Positions 20,006 to 29,714 of a stretch of DNA of 41,320 nt are shown here, piece after piece. A program made the translations under genes and the position numbers. Source of the DNA: Chloroflexota bacterium (GTDB taxonomy: Bacteria; Chloroflexota; Dehalococcoidia; Lucifugimonadales; JADFKI01); the NCBI GenBank assembly GCA_027623195.1, contig JAQBUT010000026.1, forward strand, positions 1-41,320, in the 5' to 3' direction. Every line of letters begins with the position of its first letter. Position 1 is the stretch's first letter. Below the pieces are notes generated by a model. That model was not told the origin of the DNA. It saw only the letters and a program-made list of their open reading frames with translations, and ran no database searches.

Positions 20006-20724
20006 GGCCTTACGCCGGTGTGTATTGCCACTGTTCCCAGGCCCAGCAACTGATAACTGACTTCTCGTAGACCGGCAGTTTCCATTAACGTCGCAAGCTC
20101 TCTCGCGCTGAGAAAGCCCTCCACAGACTGGGGAAGGTACGTATACGCTTCCCGATCCCCTGCGAGGGCCGCGCCAAGCCACGGAGTAACATAGCGGAAG
20201 TAGACCGGTAATACTGTGGCCAGCAGCCCCCTGCCTTCTTGCCTGACGATTTCCAGGATAACGACACGTCCGCCCGGCTCCACAACCCTGACCATCTCGG
20301 CCAGAGCGGCGGGCACATCTACGAAGTTCCTTACTCCGAAGCCGACAGTGACGCATATGAAGGACTGGTCCGCAAATGGAAGGGCATGGGCATCTCCTGC
20401 CGCAAGCTCCACATCGCCCCGACGACCCTGCCGTTCCGCTTTTCGGGCCGCCAAATGTAGCATTTCAGGGGTGAAGTCCAGCCCCACCACGCCGGAAACG
20501 TTGTCGTGCCGCATCAGGTCCAGGGCGAAATCGCCGGTGCCGGTTGCCAGGTCCAACGCCCGGCCACTCAGGTCGCTGGCGACGGCCAACGTCGAGGCTC
20601 GGCGGCGCCAGGCGTAATGCCTCCCGCCGGTCATGACGGTGTTAAGCAGATCGTAACGCTTGGAGATTCGGCCAAACATCTCCGCGACGTAACGAGCGCG
20701 TTGGGGTCCCTTCAGCGTTGCCAA
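20002..20724 (-). CDS. menG: Demethylmenaquinone methyltransferase (UbiE/MenG family)
   Basis: MFGRISKRYDLLN, SAM motif LDLATGTGD, LPFAD.SF, FGVRN and AYTYLP.S. Confidence 0.9.
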   Translation of the reverse strand: MATLKGPQRARYVAEMFGRISKRYDLLNTVMTGGRHYAWRRRASTLAVASDLSGRALDLATGTGDFALDLMRHDNVSGVVGLDFTPEMLHLAARKAERQGRRGDVELAAGDAHALPFADQSFICVTVGFGVRNFVDVPAALAEMVRVVEPGGRVVILEIVRQEGRGLLATVLPVYFRYVTPWLGAALAGDREAYTYLPQSVEGFLSARELATLMETAGLREVSYQLLGLGTVAIHTGVRP

Positions 20725-20826
20725 TTTTGTGATTATCCCCTCGGAGATAATATCTTGTGAGATGGTTTACCGACTCACACGTCGTGTGGTCTGCAATCAA
20801 GGCTCTCTAGACCACCCAAATCGTCA

Positions 20827-22392
20827 TCAGGCCAGCCGCAAAGACTTGATGGCCAGAGGCAGTTCCGGAAGCAGATCGCTGGCCACCATGCCCGTGTCGC
20901 CAAAGTGTCGACGCACCTCTTCTCCGGCGAGGCCATGAAGGTAGACGCCAACAGCGGCGGCATCCTGCATAGACAGCCCCTGAGACAGCAATCCCACTAT
21001 AGAGCCAGCGAGTACATCCCCTGTTCCCGCTGAGGCCAGTCCCGCATTGGCAAATGGACTTAGCATGGCCCCGCCATCGGGAAAGGCCACGACGGTATAC
21101 GCCCCTTTTAGCACAACTATCTTGTTCCAAAGTTGGGCCGATTCTGTGGCAATGCTGATGCGGTCGGCCTGTACCTCGGATGTGGTCTTGCCGGTAAGCC
21201 GGGCCATCTCGCCGGGGTGTGGGGTAAGCACGGCCACGGACTTAAATCTCTCCCACCAGTTTGGGATTTGCGCCAGAGTATTCAGGCCGTCGGCATCGAC
21301 GACAGTTGGCTGCAAGTCTTGCCCGGAACAGAGCACGCCCTCAATCAGACTGCGCGTGGTCTCCGCCTGGCCCATTCCGCAGCCAATTAGCATCGCCTCG
21401 TAGCCGTCTAGTCCGCCCAGCAACACCCGCGATGCCTCTTCCGAATACACCCCCGTAGCCTGCTCAGGCAATGGCAGATACGTAGGCTCCGTCGCCTTGG
21501 AGGCCACGGCCATTTGAATACTTTGGGGAAGGGCAATCGTGACCAGTCCCGCACCTACGCGGGTTGCGGCTGTGCCCGCCAGGTACGCAGCCCCTATGTA
21601 ATTTGGAGAACCGGCAACCACCATAGCACGGCCGAAGCTGCCCTTGTGCGACGCGTTTGGCCGTTCCGGCAATTGCCGCGCCAACCAGTCATTCGTCAGA
21701 AGGTAAAGTCGTACGTCCTCATCCAGACCAGTGGGTATGCCAATGTCCACGACGTCTAATCTGCCAACCTGTTGCGCAGCTTCGTACCCAAAGTGACCTA
21801 CTTTTGGGTAGCCCAGCGAAACCGTTACGTCGGCGACCAGGGAGCCAGGGTCGGCAGCGCCTGTATCGGCGTCCACACCTGTGGGAAGGTCCAAAGCGAG
21901 CACTAACATGCCAAGACTGGCGGCCTTAGCCATCGTCACCGATTCCAGGATTTCTTTCAGCGGGCTCTCGATAGGGCGAGCACGGCCAGTGCCCAGAACG
22001 GAATCCACGACTACGTGAGAACAGGCCAGCAATTCCGACAGGGCCTTCAGCCCGTCGTCGTCGGACTCGCTTATGACGGGGATGCCAAGGTCGTGCACAA
22101 GGGTTAGCTTAGGGTCTGGCGTCGGTCTTTTACCGCAGATGTAAACCTGGACGCGGGCTCCCCATTTCTGCATATGCCTGGCTACTACAAGTCCGTCCCC
22201 GCCGTTATTGCCCGAACCCACCAGCACCAGGACCGACTTGCCATACAGCGGCGACATGAAATGCCGTATGCGCTTGGCTACCTCAAGGCCGGCCATCTCC
22301 ATCAATGCGTCCTTAGAAACGCCAGCCGCCTCCGATCGGTCCTCGATCAGCCGCATCTGGTCAGCAGTTACAATCCTGGTAAGCCCAGGCAT
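20827..22392 (-). CDS. nnr: Bifunctional NAD(P)H-hydrate epimerase/dehydratase (YjeF)
   Basis: LMEMAG, GSGNNGGDGLV, DLPTG, HKGSFG, DADGLN, LTPHPGEMARL and AGTGDVLAG. Confidence 0.95.
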   Translation of the reverse strand: MPGLTRIVTADQMRLIEDRSEAAGVSKDALMEMAGLEVAKRIRHFMSPLYGKSVLVLVGSGNNGGDGLVVARHMQKWGARVQVYICGKRPTPDPKLTLVHDLGIPVISESDDDGLKALSELLACSHVVVDSVLGTGRARPIESPLKEILESVTMAKAASLGMLVLALDLPTGVDADTGAADPGSLVADVTVSLGYPKVGHFGYEAAQQVGRLDVVDIGIPTGLDEDVRLYLLTNDWLARQLPERPNASHKGSFGRAMVVAGSPNYIGAAYLAGTAATRVGAGLVTIALPQSIQMAVASKATEPTYLPLPEQATGVYSEEASRVLLGGLDGYEAMLIGCGMGQAETTRSLIEGVLCSGQDLQPTVVDADGLNTLAQIPNWWERFKSVAVLTPHPGEMARLTGKTTSEVQADRISIATESAQLWNKIVVLKGAYTVVAFPDGGAMLSPFANAGLASAGTGDVLAGSIVGLLSQGLSMQDAAAVGVYLHGLAGEEVRRHFGDTGMVASDLLPELPLAIKSLRLA

Positions 22393-23321
22393 TAAATGCG
22401 GCCTACCAGCGATTTGAGCAGCGAGGTGGTCCTGGCCACGGACGCTTCCGCATCTTCTCCCACAGGGAAGACCGATGCCATAAGGTCCGTTGCGCCAGCG
22501 TCAGCGTAAGCCTTGAGTTGCCTCTCCACATCCGCCTCGTCTCCGACGATAGCCATGTCGGCCGGGCCTGCAACGCCCTCCACGTCCATCATGCGGCGAA
22601 AGCTCTGGAGCTGATTGTAGCGCCCGTACTCTCTGTCGGCGACTATCCTGGCCTGCTCCTCGTCCTCCGTCACCGCCACGGGAGCGGCGGCGCAAATTCT
22701 AGGCGTTGGGCGGCCGCGCCCCTTCGCTGCCTCATTCACGTGTGGGATGACATACGAGTCCAGGGTCTTGGGACCCGCCATCCAGGTTATCGCCCCGTCG
22801 GCCATGCCACCCGCGATACGCAACATCCGGGGACCGTGCGCGGCGACCATGACCGGGAACGGTCGCGCGTCTGCCATCTGATGGCTAAGATTCACCTGGA
22901 ACAACTCTCCGGAAAATTCGCACTTGCCCGTAAATGACAGCTCTTTAACGATGTGCAGGTACTCCTCCATGTGCTGGGCTGGTCGATGAAACTGCAAGCC
23001 CAACTGGCCCTCGACGCGGCCCTGATGTGACGTACCTATACCCAGGGCCAGCCTGCCGTCGGAGATGACGTGGGCGGTGAGCGCTTGCATAGTGAGCGTC
23101 GAAGGGTGGCGAGAGAAGGTCGGAATTACGGCGGTCCCCATTTCGATACGGCTGGTAGCCTGCCCGGCAACGGCTATGACGCTAAGAACGTCGTTCTTAT
23201 TTGGCGCCTGAGAAAACCAGAAGCTGTCGAAGCCGTCCAGTTCCGCCTGAACGACCTGTTGTATCTGGCCCGCCACCGTTGGCGCCGAGCCTGTGGAGCC
23301 TATGAACAGTCCTATGCGCAT
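22392..23321 (-). CDS. LLM-class (probably F420-dependent) oxidoreductase, paralog B
   Basis: GFDSFWF, TSRIEMGTAVIPT..RHP, GRLALGIGTSH, GPRMLRIAG..ADG and WMAGP. ATG 23321 follows GGGAG. Confidence 0.88.
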   Translation of the reverse strand: MRIGLFIGSTGSAPTVAGQIQQVVQAELDGFDSFWFSQAPNKNDVLSVIAVAGQATSRIEMGTAVIPTFSRHPSTLTMQALTAHVISDGRLALGIGTSHQGRVEGQLGLQFHRPAQHMEEYLHIVKELSFTGKCEFSGELFQVNLSHQMADARPFPVMVAAHGPRMLRIAGGMADGAITWMAGPKTLDSYVIPHVNEAAKGRGRPTPRICAAAPVAVTEDEEQARIVADREYGRYNQLQSFRRMMDVEGVAGPADMAIVGDEADVERQLKAYADAGATDLMASVFPVGEDAEASVARTTSLLKSLVGRI

Positions 23322-23395
23322 CCAGTCTCCCTTCCGGTACAGTTTGCCATCAGAGGGCAAAACGTGACGTTTGCATCATGGTCACTGAGTCTTGC

Positions 23396-24331
23396 CTAGA
23401 TATTGCCCACCAAGCTCTGCAGCAGGGCATTGGTGCGTTTCGTCGATTTCCCATTGTCCTCGCCCACGGGAAATACAGAGGCAACAAATTCCGTGGCCCC
23501 GGCGTCAGCGAAGGCCCTAAGCTGCCGTTCGACCTCTGCTTCGCTGCCTACCACAGCAACCTCAGAAGGCCCTTCGGCACCTTGAACGTCCAGTATACGC
23601 CGGTAGTTAACCAGGCTGCCGTAGCGCTCGAACAGGTTCGCAGCCTGAGCCCTCCCCGCGCTTTCGTCATCCGTGACCGCCACTGGCAGTCCTACGACCA
23701 CGGCAGGCGCGGGCCTGCCGGCGATAGCCGCCGCGCCGGTTATCCTTGGTACGACGTGATTCTCTATCGCCTCTGCCCCTGCCATCCAGGTGATCGTGCC
23801 GTCCGCCATTTCCCCGGCGAGTTGAAGCATGCGTGGGGCCAACGCCGAGATTATTACCGAACACGGCAGGCGGTCTGCAATGCTAAGGTCGGCGTGAACC
23901 TTGAAGAACTCACCGTCGAAGTCCACCCGGCCTTCGTCCATAAGAGGCCTGAGCACCGAAAGGTACTCGCGAACGTGCTTGGCCGGGCGGTCGTATGAAA
24001 GACCCAACACATCCTCGATACCAGGCTTATGCGAAGGACCTATGCCCAGCGTGAATCTACCCGATGCAGCAATCTGCGTCGTCATGGCCTGCTGCGCCAT
24101 GGCGGTCGGGTGACGAGGATAAGTGGGCACTACACCGCTGCCCAACGCAATGCGACTGGTCTGCGAGCCGATAAGGGCCAGTGTAGTGAGGGCGTCGCTC
24201 CCCCTGGAAGAGATATGGGGGGTCCAGAAGCTGTCAAATCCAGCGGCCTCGGCGTCTTTCGCCTGCTGGACTACCGCGTCCTGCCGGACATCATCGGTGG
24301 GCGCCGCACCTACAAATATCCCGATACGCAT
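23396..24331 (-). CDS. LLM-class (probably F420-dependent) oxidoreductase, paralog A
   Basis: GFDSFW, TSRIALGSGVVPTYPRHP, GRFTLGIGPSH and APRMLQLAGEMADGTITWMAG. ATG 24331 follows GAGG. Confidence 0.88.
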   Translation of the reverse strand: MRIGIFVGAAPTDDVRQDAVVQQAKDAEAAGFDSFWTPHISSRGSDALTTLALIGSQTSRIALGSGVVPTYPRHPTAMAQQAMTTQIAASGRFTLGIGPSHKPGIEDVLGLSYDRPAKHVREYLSVLRPLMDEGRVDFDGEFFKVHADLSIADRLPCSVIISALAPRMLQLAGEMADGTITWMAGAEAIENHVVPRITGAAAIAGRPAPAVVVGLPVAVTDDESAGRAQAANLFERYGSLVNYRRILDVQGAEGPSEVAVVGSEAEVERQLRAFADAGATEFVASVFPVGEDNGKSTKRTNALLQSLVGNI

Positions 24332-24416
24332 ATGCCATCCTCGAATCCTTAGGACACCGTCGGAGAGTACGTCTCTGGGGTGACTCATCTGGTCTTGTTG
24401 GTACTTGAATAACTAG

Positions 24417-24809
24417 CTAGGAACCCAGAGGAATCAGATTGCCGTGCTCACTCTCGCCTACAACGGAGGCTACGGCAAACTCCTGGGAGTGAGAGAGGGA
24501 CAACGCCAGATGATCAAGGCCAATACGCTCCGCGCGGGCCAACGCCGTGCCGTGGAGCTTGATTGAAGGGGCCTGGCCTCTGCCTCGCACCACCTCGATG
24601 TGGCTCCAATGAACGCCGCGAATACCTGTGCCCAGCAACTTCATCACCGCCTCCTTGGCGGCAAACCGACTGGCTAGCTGCGGCGCGCGACCCCTGCAGT
24701 ACCTGACCTCCCCCTCCGTGTATATACGATCGAGGAACTTATCACCGTACCGCTCGAATACGCGCTTCACTCGCGTAATTTCGATTATGTCCACACCCGT
24801 AACTAGCAT
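24417..24809 (-). CDS. acpS: Holo-[acyl-carrier-protein] synthase
   Basis: GVDIIEI.R, LASRFAAKEAVMK.LGTG and LSLSH. Confidence 0.95.
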   Translation of the reverse strand: MLVTGVDIIEITRVKRVFERYGDKFLDRIYTEGEVRYCRGRAPQLASRFAAKEAVMKLLGTGIRGVHWSHIEVVRGRGQAPSIKLHGTALARAERIGLDHLALSLSHSQEFAVASVVGESEHGNLIPLGS

Positions 24810-25009
24810 CGTCATCCAATTCATTGGGCTCTACGCCGGTGTTGTTTGCAGGCACTCGGCCAATGCCATACGCGCCTGTGTTTTGGCGTCCCGCTATTAT
24901 ATTCAGCGGTGATGTCAATTGAAAGCGTGGTCATTCCATTTCACCAACGCTAAAATAGACTAATGATTCCAATACCGAGCAAATATTTTCACGTCGAGAG
25001 TTTCGGCAG

Positions 25010-25909
25010 TTGAGCGCCGAGATAATCAATGGCCACGAGCTAGCGGCTGAAGTCCGCAGCGAGGTCGCCTCAACTGTCCGGGAGATGAAAAGCAAACACT
25101 CCATTACTCCAGGCTTGGCTGTGCTCCTCGTCGGAGACGACCCTGCCTCTGCTGTATATGTTAGCAGCAAGGATAAGGCCGCCATCGAAGCAGGCATGCT
25201 CTCCAAAGGCATCGTGCTACCCGCCGCTACGTCCCAGGAAGAGATTTTAGGAATCATTCGAACACTGAATGAAGACCCCGCCTACCACGGCATCCTGGTC
25301 CAGCTTCCACTACCCGCCCACATCGACGAAAACACCATCATAGAAAGCGTTAACCCTGAAAAGGACGTCGATGGTCTTCACCCGTACAACATGGGACTTC
25401 TGATGGCCGGGAGGCCTCGCTTTGCGCCAGCAACGCCAGCAGGGATTCAGGAGATGCTGGTCCGATCAGGCAATAGTCCAGAAGGCAAGCACGTGGTCGT
25501 ATGCGGACGCAGCAACATCGTAGGCAAACCCATTGCCAATATGTTGATGCAGCGGGGTCCTGCCGCAAACGCTACAGTCACCGTATGCCATACCAGGACC
25601 AGGGACCTGGCCTCGATCACGCGACAGGCGGACATTCTCATCGCGGCAGTAGGCCAGGCGCGCATGATCACTGCAGACATGGTAAAGAGCGGCGCGGTTG
25701 TAATCGACGTAGGTGTGAACCGGGTGGCGGACGAATCCCGTAAACGTGGCTACCGGCTGGTGGGTGACGTGGATTTCGAGCCTGTGGCTCGAAAGGCCAA
25801 GGCCATAACGCCAGTGCCGGGAGGAGTCGGCCCGATGACTATTGCCATGCTACTGCGCAACACCGTGGACGCCGCCCGCCGAATAATCCATGCGGAAAGC
25901 CCGCACTAG
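25010..25909 (+). CDS. folD: Methylenetetrahydrofolate dehydrogenase/cyclohydrolase
   Basis: PGLAVLLVGDDPAS..YV..K, GILVQLPLP, KDVDG, GRSNIVGKP and TPVPGGVGPMT. Confidence 0.97.
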   Translation: MSAEIINGHELAAEVRSEVASTVREMKSKHSITPGLAVLLVGDDPASAVYVSSKDKAAIEAGMLSKGIVLPAATSQEEILGIIRTLNEDPAYHGILVQLPLPAHIDENTIIESVNPEKDVDGLHPYNMGLLMAGRPRFAPATPAGIQEMLVRSGNSPEGKHVVVCGRSNIVGKPIANMLMQRGPAANATVTVCHTRTRDLASITRQADILIAAVGQARMITADMVKSGAVVIDVGVNRVADESRKRGYRLVGDVDFEPVARKAKAITPVPGGVGPMTIAMLLRNTVDAARRIIHAESPH

Positions 25910-26023
25910 CGCGGGGGCATCCTCATAAGATACTCACATCTTGAGGCCCAGTTTTCATGCGTTCCTCATGGAGGGGAGGGCATGATACTGGCAAAATACA
26001 TTCAATTTCTTGGAGGCAATCAC

Positions 26024-26494
26024 GTGCGAATCTTGGCTACCCTCATATTCGTCTCAGCGGCCATGTTGCTGGTAAACGCTTGTGGAGGAGGCGCAACTCC
26101 CGCGCCTAATCCTGCATCCCCGCCAGTGGTCGTCGCGCCAACCACCCCGCCAGTCGTTCCACCCGTCGTTCCGCCGAGCGAGCCTGCCGGTGATGTCGTA
26201 TCCGTAAGCCTGCAAGACCCGGGCGGAAGCGGCGCTTACCTATTCGACCCCTCAGAACTCACGTTCAGCCTTGGCGATACCATAAACCTGGAGATGACAT
26301 CGGAGGGCGAGTTCCACACATTCACGGTGGATGACCTTGGCATCGATGTTTTGGTAGACGCAGGCGGTACCGAGACCTTGACGTTTACCTTCGACAAGGC
26401 AGGCACGTTCGATCTCATTTGCATACCGCACGAAGCCCTTGGTATGGTCGGAACCATAACGGTTAAGCAAAGACTAGGTGTAGAAGTGAACTAA
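26024..26494 (+). CDS. Type-1 copper (plastocyanin/cupredoxin-like) lipoprotein
   Basis: GTG start after GGAGG, lipobox LVNAC, Pro/Val linker, and ligands FHTF and C-IP-H-EALG-M. Confidence 0.88.
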   Translation: MRILATLIFVSAAMLLVNACGGGATPAPNPASPPVVVAPTTPPVVPPVVPPSEPAGDVVSVSLQDPGGSGAYLFDPSELTFSLGDTINLEMTSEGEFHTFTVDDLGIDVLVDAGGTETLTFTFDKAGTFDLICIPHEALGMVGTITVKQRLGVEVN

Positions 26495-26522
26495 ACGGGG
26501 CAGGCTCTGGCCTGCCCCGTTT
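26493..26522. terminator. Bidirectional intrinsic terminator
   Basis: Perfect 13-bp stem AAACGGGGCAGGC-tctg-GCCTGCCCCGTTT. Confidence 0.85.
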
Positions 26523-26569
26523 GGCTGAAAAACTGGTTGGGCCGGCTAAGGTTGTTTGCCGGTTCATCT

Positions 26570-26875
26570 CTAGAATTTAGCGAACTCCATCTCGATACCA
26601 CCGGTAAGCTTAGCCACGATATTGTAAATGGCCGCCATTATGATCCCGCCAATGAAGCCCGCAATCCCATAAAATAAGGGCAGGGCGATCACCGCACCCA
26701 CGCCAAAGAGGATACCTCCTGCGCCTTGGCCGAAGGCCGATGCCCCGGCGAACGCTAACAGGCTTATAACTAGTCCAACGACCAGGCCAAGAATGGCATA
26801 CATCACCGCCAGGAATATGCCGGCGGAGAGAACCCCGATCCTTCTTAGTTTCACTTCACTTTGTGTAATTTCCAT
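26570..26875 (-). CDS. Small membrane protein (DUF3566-like)
   Basis: LRRIGVLS...two TM helices...YNIVAKLTGGIEME pattern. Confidence 0.75.
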   Translation of the reverse strand: MEITQSEVKLRRIGVLSAGIFLAVMYAILGLVVGLVISLLAFAGASAFGQGAGGILFGVGAVIALPLFYGIAGFIGGIIMAAIYNIVAKLTGGIEMEFAKF

Positions 26876-27046
26876 ATCGAGCCCTACTCTTTTTTAGCTG
26901 CTACCCAATCGATGCTGTTCTGTGGGCGGCTCCCCTATATTTACCGCCTTAATATCATATTTTCAGCGCCTGGGCAAATGTCGCTCCCCGAATAGCACAT
27001 CGGCCTGGAACCCGCATTCGACTCCAATGCGGTAAACTTTTAGGCA

Positions 27047-28102
27047 ATGAAGACCTCCGATTTCGACTACGACCTGCCGCAAGAGCTCATCGCACAAACG
27101 CCCGCAGAGCCCCGGGACTCTTCTCGGCTCATGCTGGCCTCGCGCGCAGATGGCTCACTTGAGCATCGGACTTTTCGTGATCTTCCCAATTACCTGCGCG
27201 CCGGGGATGTGATGGTTTTCAACGACAGCCGCGTCATGCCTGCCAGGCTGTACGGCACCCGCAGCACGGGGGGAAAGGTCGAACTGCTTCTCCTAAGCAG
27301 ACTGTCGCCCGGCATGTGGCGAGCGCTGGTCAGGCCCGGCCGCAGGATGCAGCCCGGAGTGGAGTTCCAGATTCCAGACGCGAACGGCGAGCCGGTTATT
27401 ACGGGCCAGATCCACGAGGCAAATGCTGACGGCACCCGAATCGTAAGCCTGTCCGACGAGGACCGCCTCGACGCCGTTGGTGTGGTACCTCTGCCTCCCT
27501 ACATACACGCCCCCCTGGCCGACTCCGAGCGGTACCAGACGGTGTATTCGAACGCCAAGGGCAGCGTCGCAGCGCCAACGGCGGGACTACACTTTACGCC
27601 AGAGCTTCTCGATGAAGTGAGAGCGCTGGGCGTGGAGACGGCCTTCGTGACTCTGCATGTGGGCTGGGACTCGTTTCGTCCTATCAAGACTGACGACGTC
27701 TCCTCCCACAAGATGCATTCGGAATACTTTTCGATAGACGAGGAGACGGCTCAGACGATTAGCAGGGCCAAACGCGAGGGCAGGCGGGTTATCTCGGTGG
27801 GCACTACTGCTGTGCGCCTGTTAGAGCACGCCGCCAGGCTCCATGCGGAAAGCAAGCCGCTGTCAGCAGCGAACGAAGACGTGCTCGTCGCTGACTCAGG
27901 CTGGGCCGACATTTTCATTACGCCCGGATTCCGGTTCCGTGTCGTGGACGCGCTGGTGACCAACTTCCACCTGCCCAAGTCCACGCTGCTCATGCTTACC
28001 AGTGCCCTGGCGGGTAAAGACCTGCTCTTCAAGGCATACGAGGAGGCGGTAACCCAGCGCTACCGCTTCTACAGCTTCGGCGACGCGATGTTTTTGTTTT
28101 AG
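27047..28102 (+). CDS. queA: S-adenosylmethionine:tRNA ribosyltransferase-isomerase
   Basis: FDYDLPQELIAQ.P, PLPPYI, RYQTVY, AAPTAGLHFT, TNFHLPKSTLL and YRFYSFGDAM. Confidence 0.97.
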   Translation: MKTSDFDYDLPQELIAQTPAEPRDSSRLMLASRADGSLEHRTFRDLPNYLRAGDVMVFNDSRVMPARLYGTRSTGGKVELLLLSRLSPGMWRALVRPGRRMQPGVEFQIPDANGEPVITGQIHEANADGTRIVSLSDEDRLDAVGVVPLPPYIHAPLADSERYQTVYSNAKGSVAAPTAGLHFTPELLDEVRALGVETAFVTLHVGWDSFRPIKTDDVSSHKMHSEYFSIDEETAQTISRAKREGRRVISVGTTAVRLLEHAARLHAESKPLSAANEDVLVADSGWADIFITPGFRFRVVDALVTNFHLPKSTLLMLTSALAGKDLLFKAYEEAVTQRYRFYSFGDAMFLF

Positions 28103-28339
28103 ATTTTCATTACGGGCGTGACCTTGTTGCGGATGGGCTTGTTGCCAATCCACACATCTAGTAGCGAACGCTCGGACCTTTCGTCTTATCTATGGGCCAC
28201 CAAGAGGCTGGGCTGCTGTATAATTCAAGGCGCTTACCATGACGAATAACCACAAGAAATCCCCGAAAAACGCCGCGTCCTCCAAGCCTGACGCGCTGCC
28301 ACGCCACCTCATCGCCCTCTCTTCAGAAAACCAAAAACC

Positions 28340-29563
28340 TTGATTGCGCAGGTTGTCGCCGGGCAGCTATTGCGGTCGCTCCGCACCAGGAATTACCGCC
28401 AGCTCTGGTATTCCGACAACCTCATGACTGCGGCCGAGCAGATGGAGTTTCTAGTGCTGGCCTGGTACGTGGTCACGGAGACTTCGTCGCCATTCTGGGT
28501 AACGCTATTCGCGGCACTGCGATTCACCGGCACCATGTTCGCGCCCTTCTACGGCATAATCGTGGACCGCTACGATCGCAAGAAGCTACTTGTCTTCTCC
28601 CGGCTTGGATTTGCTGGCATATCCCTGTGCATATTGGCACTGTCGTTCACGGGGCAACTTCAGATATGGCACGTCTTCGTGCTTACCGCGCTGGCCGGCA
28701 TGGGCCGAGCCTTCGACAACGTGACACGACAGACCTTCATAGCAGACCTGGTGAAGCGAGAGGAGTTATCCAACGCGGTGGCCCTCACGCGAACAGGCCG
28801 AGACGCCACGCAGATATTCGCGCCTGTTGTGGGCGGTCTTCTGCTGGACCGAATTGGACTTAACTGGACCTACATACTGGTGATGGTGCTGCACCTGTCC
28901 GGTGTCTTCTTCATGAACAGGATGAGACCACCGGAGAGAACGCTGACCGCTAGAGGCTCTTCCATACTCAGCAACCTGACCGAGTCCTTTCGCTATGCGG
29001 GCAAGCACCAGATAGTACTTTCGCTGCTTCTACTGGCCTTCCTGGTCAACCTGACGGGCTTCCCAATGAACCTGGGGCTAACGCCGGTTTATGCAAAGGA
29101 GGTGTTGGAGACCACATCGGCAGGTCTGGGCCAGTTGCTGGGCGCATACTCTGCCGGAGCCTTTGTAGGGTCCATAGCGATAGCCAGCATAGTCAACATG
29201 CGTCGCCTGGGCAGGTTCATGGTGCTGGGTGCAATCCTCTGGCACCTGGGCGTCCTGGCCCTTTCCCAGACATCCATTTTCGGTGGGGCGATGGCCATAC
29301 TGGCGCTATCCGGTTTTGCACAATCCTTCAGCATGGTGACTATGGCCATACTGCTACTAGGCAACACCTCCTCGGATATACGCGGCCGCATTCAGGGGCT
29401 ACGCTCTCTGGCGGTTTACGGCCTACCCATAGGCCTGCTGATCTCAGGGGCCGTTGCAAACGGGGTAGGCGTATCAACTGCCTTGGCCATTAACGGCGTC
29501 GTGGGGATGGTCGTAACGGCGCTTATCGTGCTGCGACTTCGCGGAGTCTGGCGCCTGGCATAA
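28340..29563 (+). CDS. MFS transporter (MFS_3/DHA3-like)
   Basis: RSLRTRNYRQLW, motif A G.IVDRYDRKKLL, about 12 hydrophobic helices, and RGRIQG in the C-half. Confidence 0.9.
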   Translation: MIAQVVAGQLLRSLRTRNYRQLWYSDNLMTAAEQMEFLVLAWYVVTETSSPFWVTLFAALRFTGTMFAPFYGIIVDRYDRKKLLVFSRLGFAGISLCILALSFTGQLQIWHVFVLTALAGMGRAFDNVTRQTFIADLVKREELSNAVALTRTGRDATQIFAPVVGGLLLDRIGLNWTYILVMVLHLSGVFFMNRMRPPERTLTARGSSILSNLTESFRYAGKHQIVLSLLLLAFLVNLTGFPMNLGLTPVYAKEVLETTSAGLGQLLGAYSAGAFVGSIAIASIVNMRRLGRFMVLGAILWHLGVLALSQTSIFGGAMAILALSGFAQSFSMVTMAILLLGNTSSDIRGRIQGLRSLAVYGLPIGLLISGAVANGVGVSTALAINGVVGMVVTALIVLRLRGVWRLA

Positions 29564-29714
29564 TACGCGACGACCACAACCCTTGCCGAGTAAATACCGC
29601 ATTGCCTTTGATCAAAATACAAAAATATTCTTAGACAAGACCTAGTCGTAGCTTTACCTGAATCGGCATTCACCTATTTAATAAATTCCACGATACGTGT
29701 GGTTTGAGGTGCGG

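Noticed and set aside
27013..27046. Hairpin CCGCATT-cgactcc-AATGCGG upstream of queA as a preQ1 riboswitch
   Set aside because: It lacks the GUUC/GGUAG loop core and the A-rich tail. TAAACT 8 nt before the ATG is better read as a -10 box of a nearly leaderless transcript.
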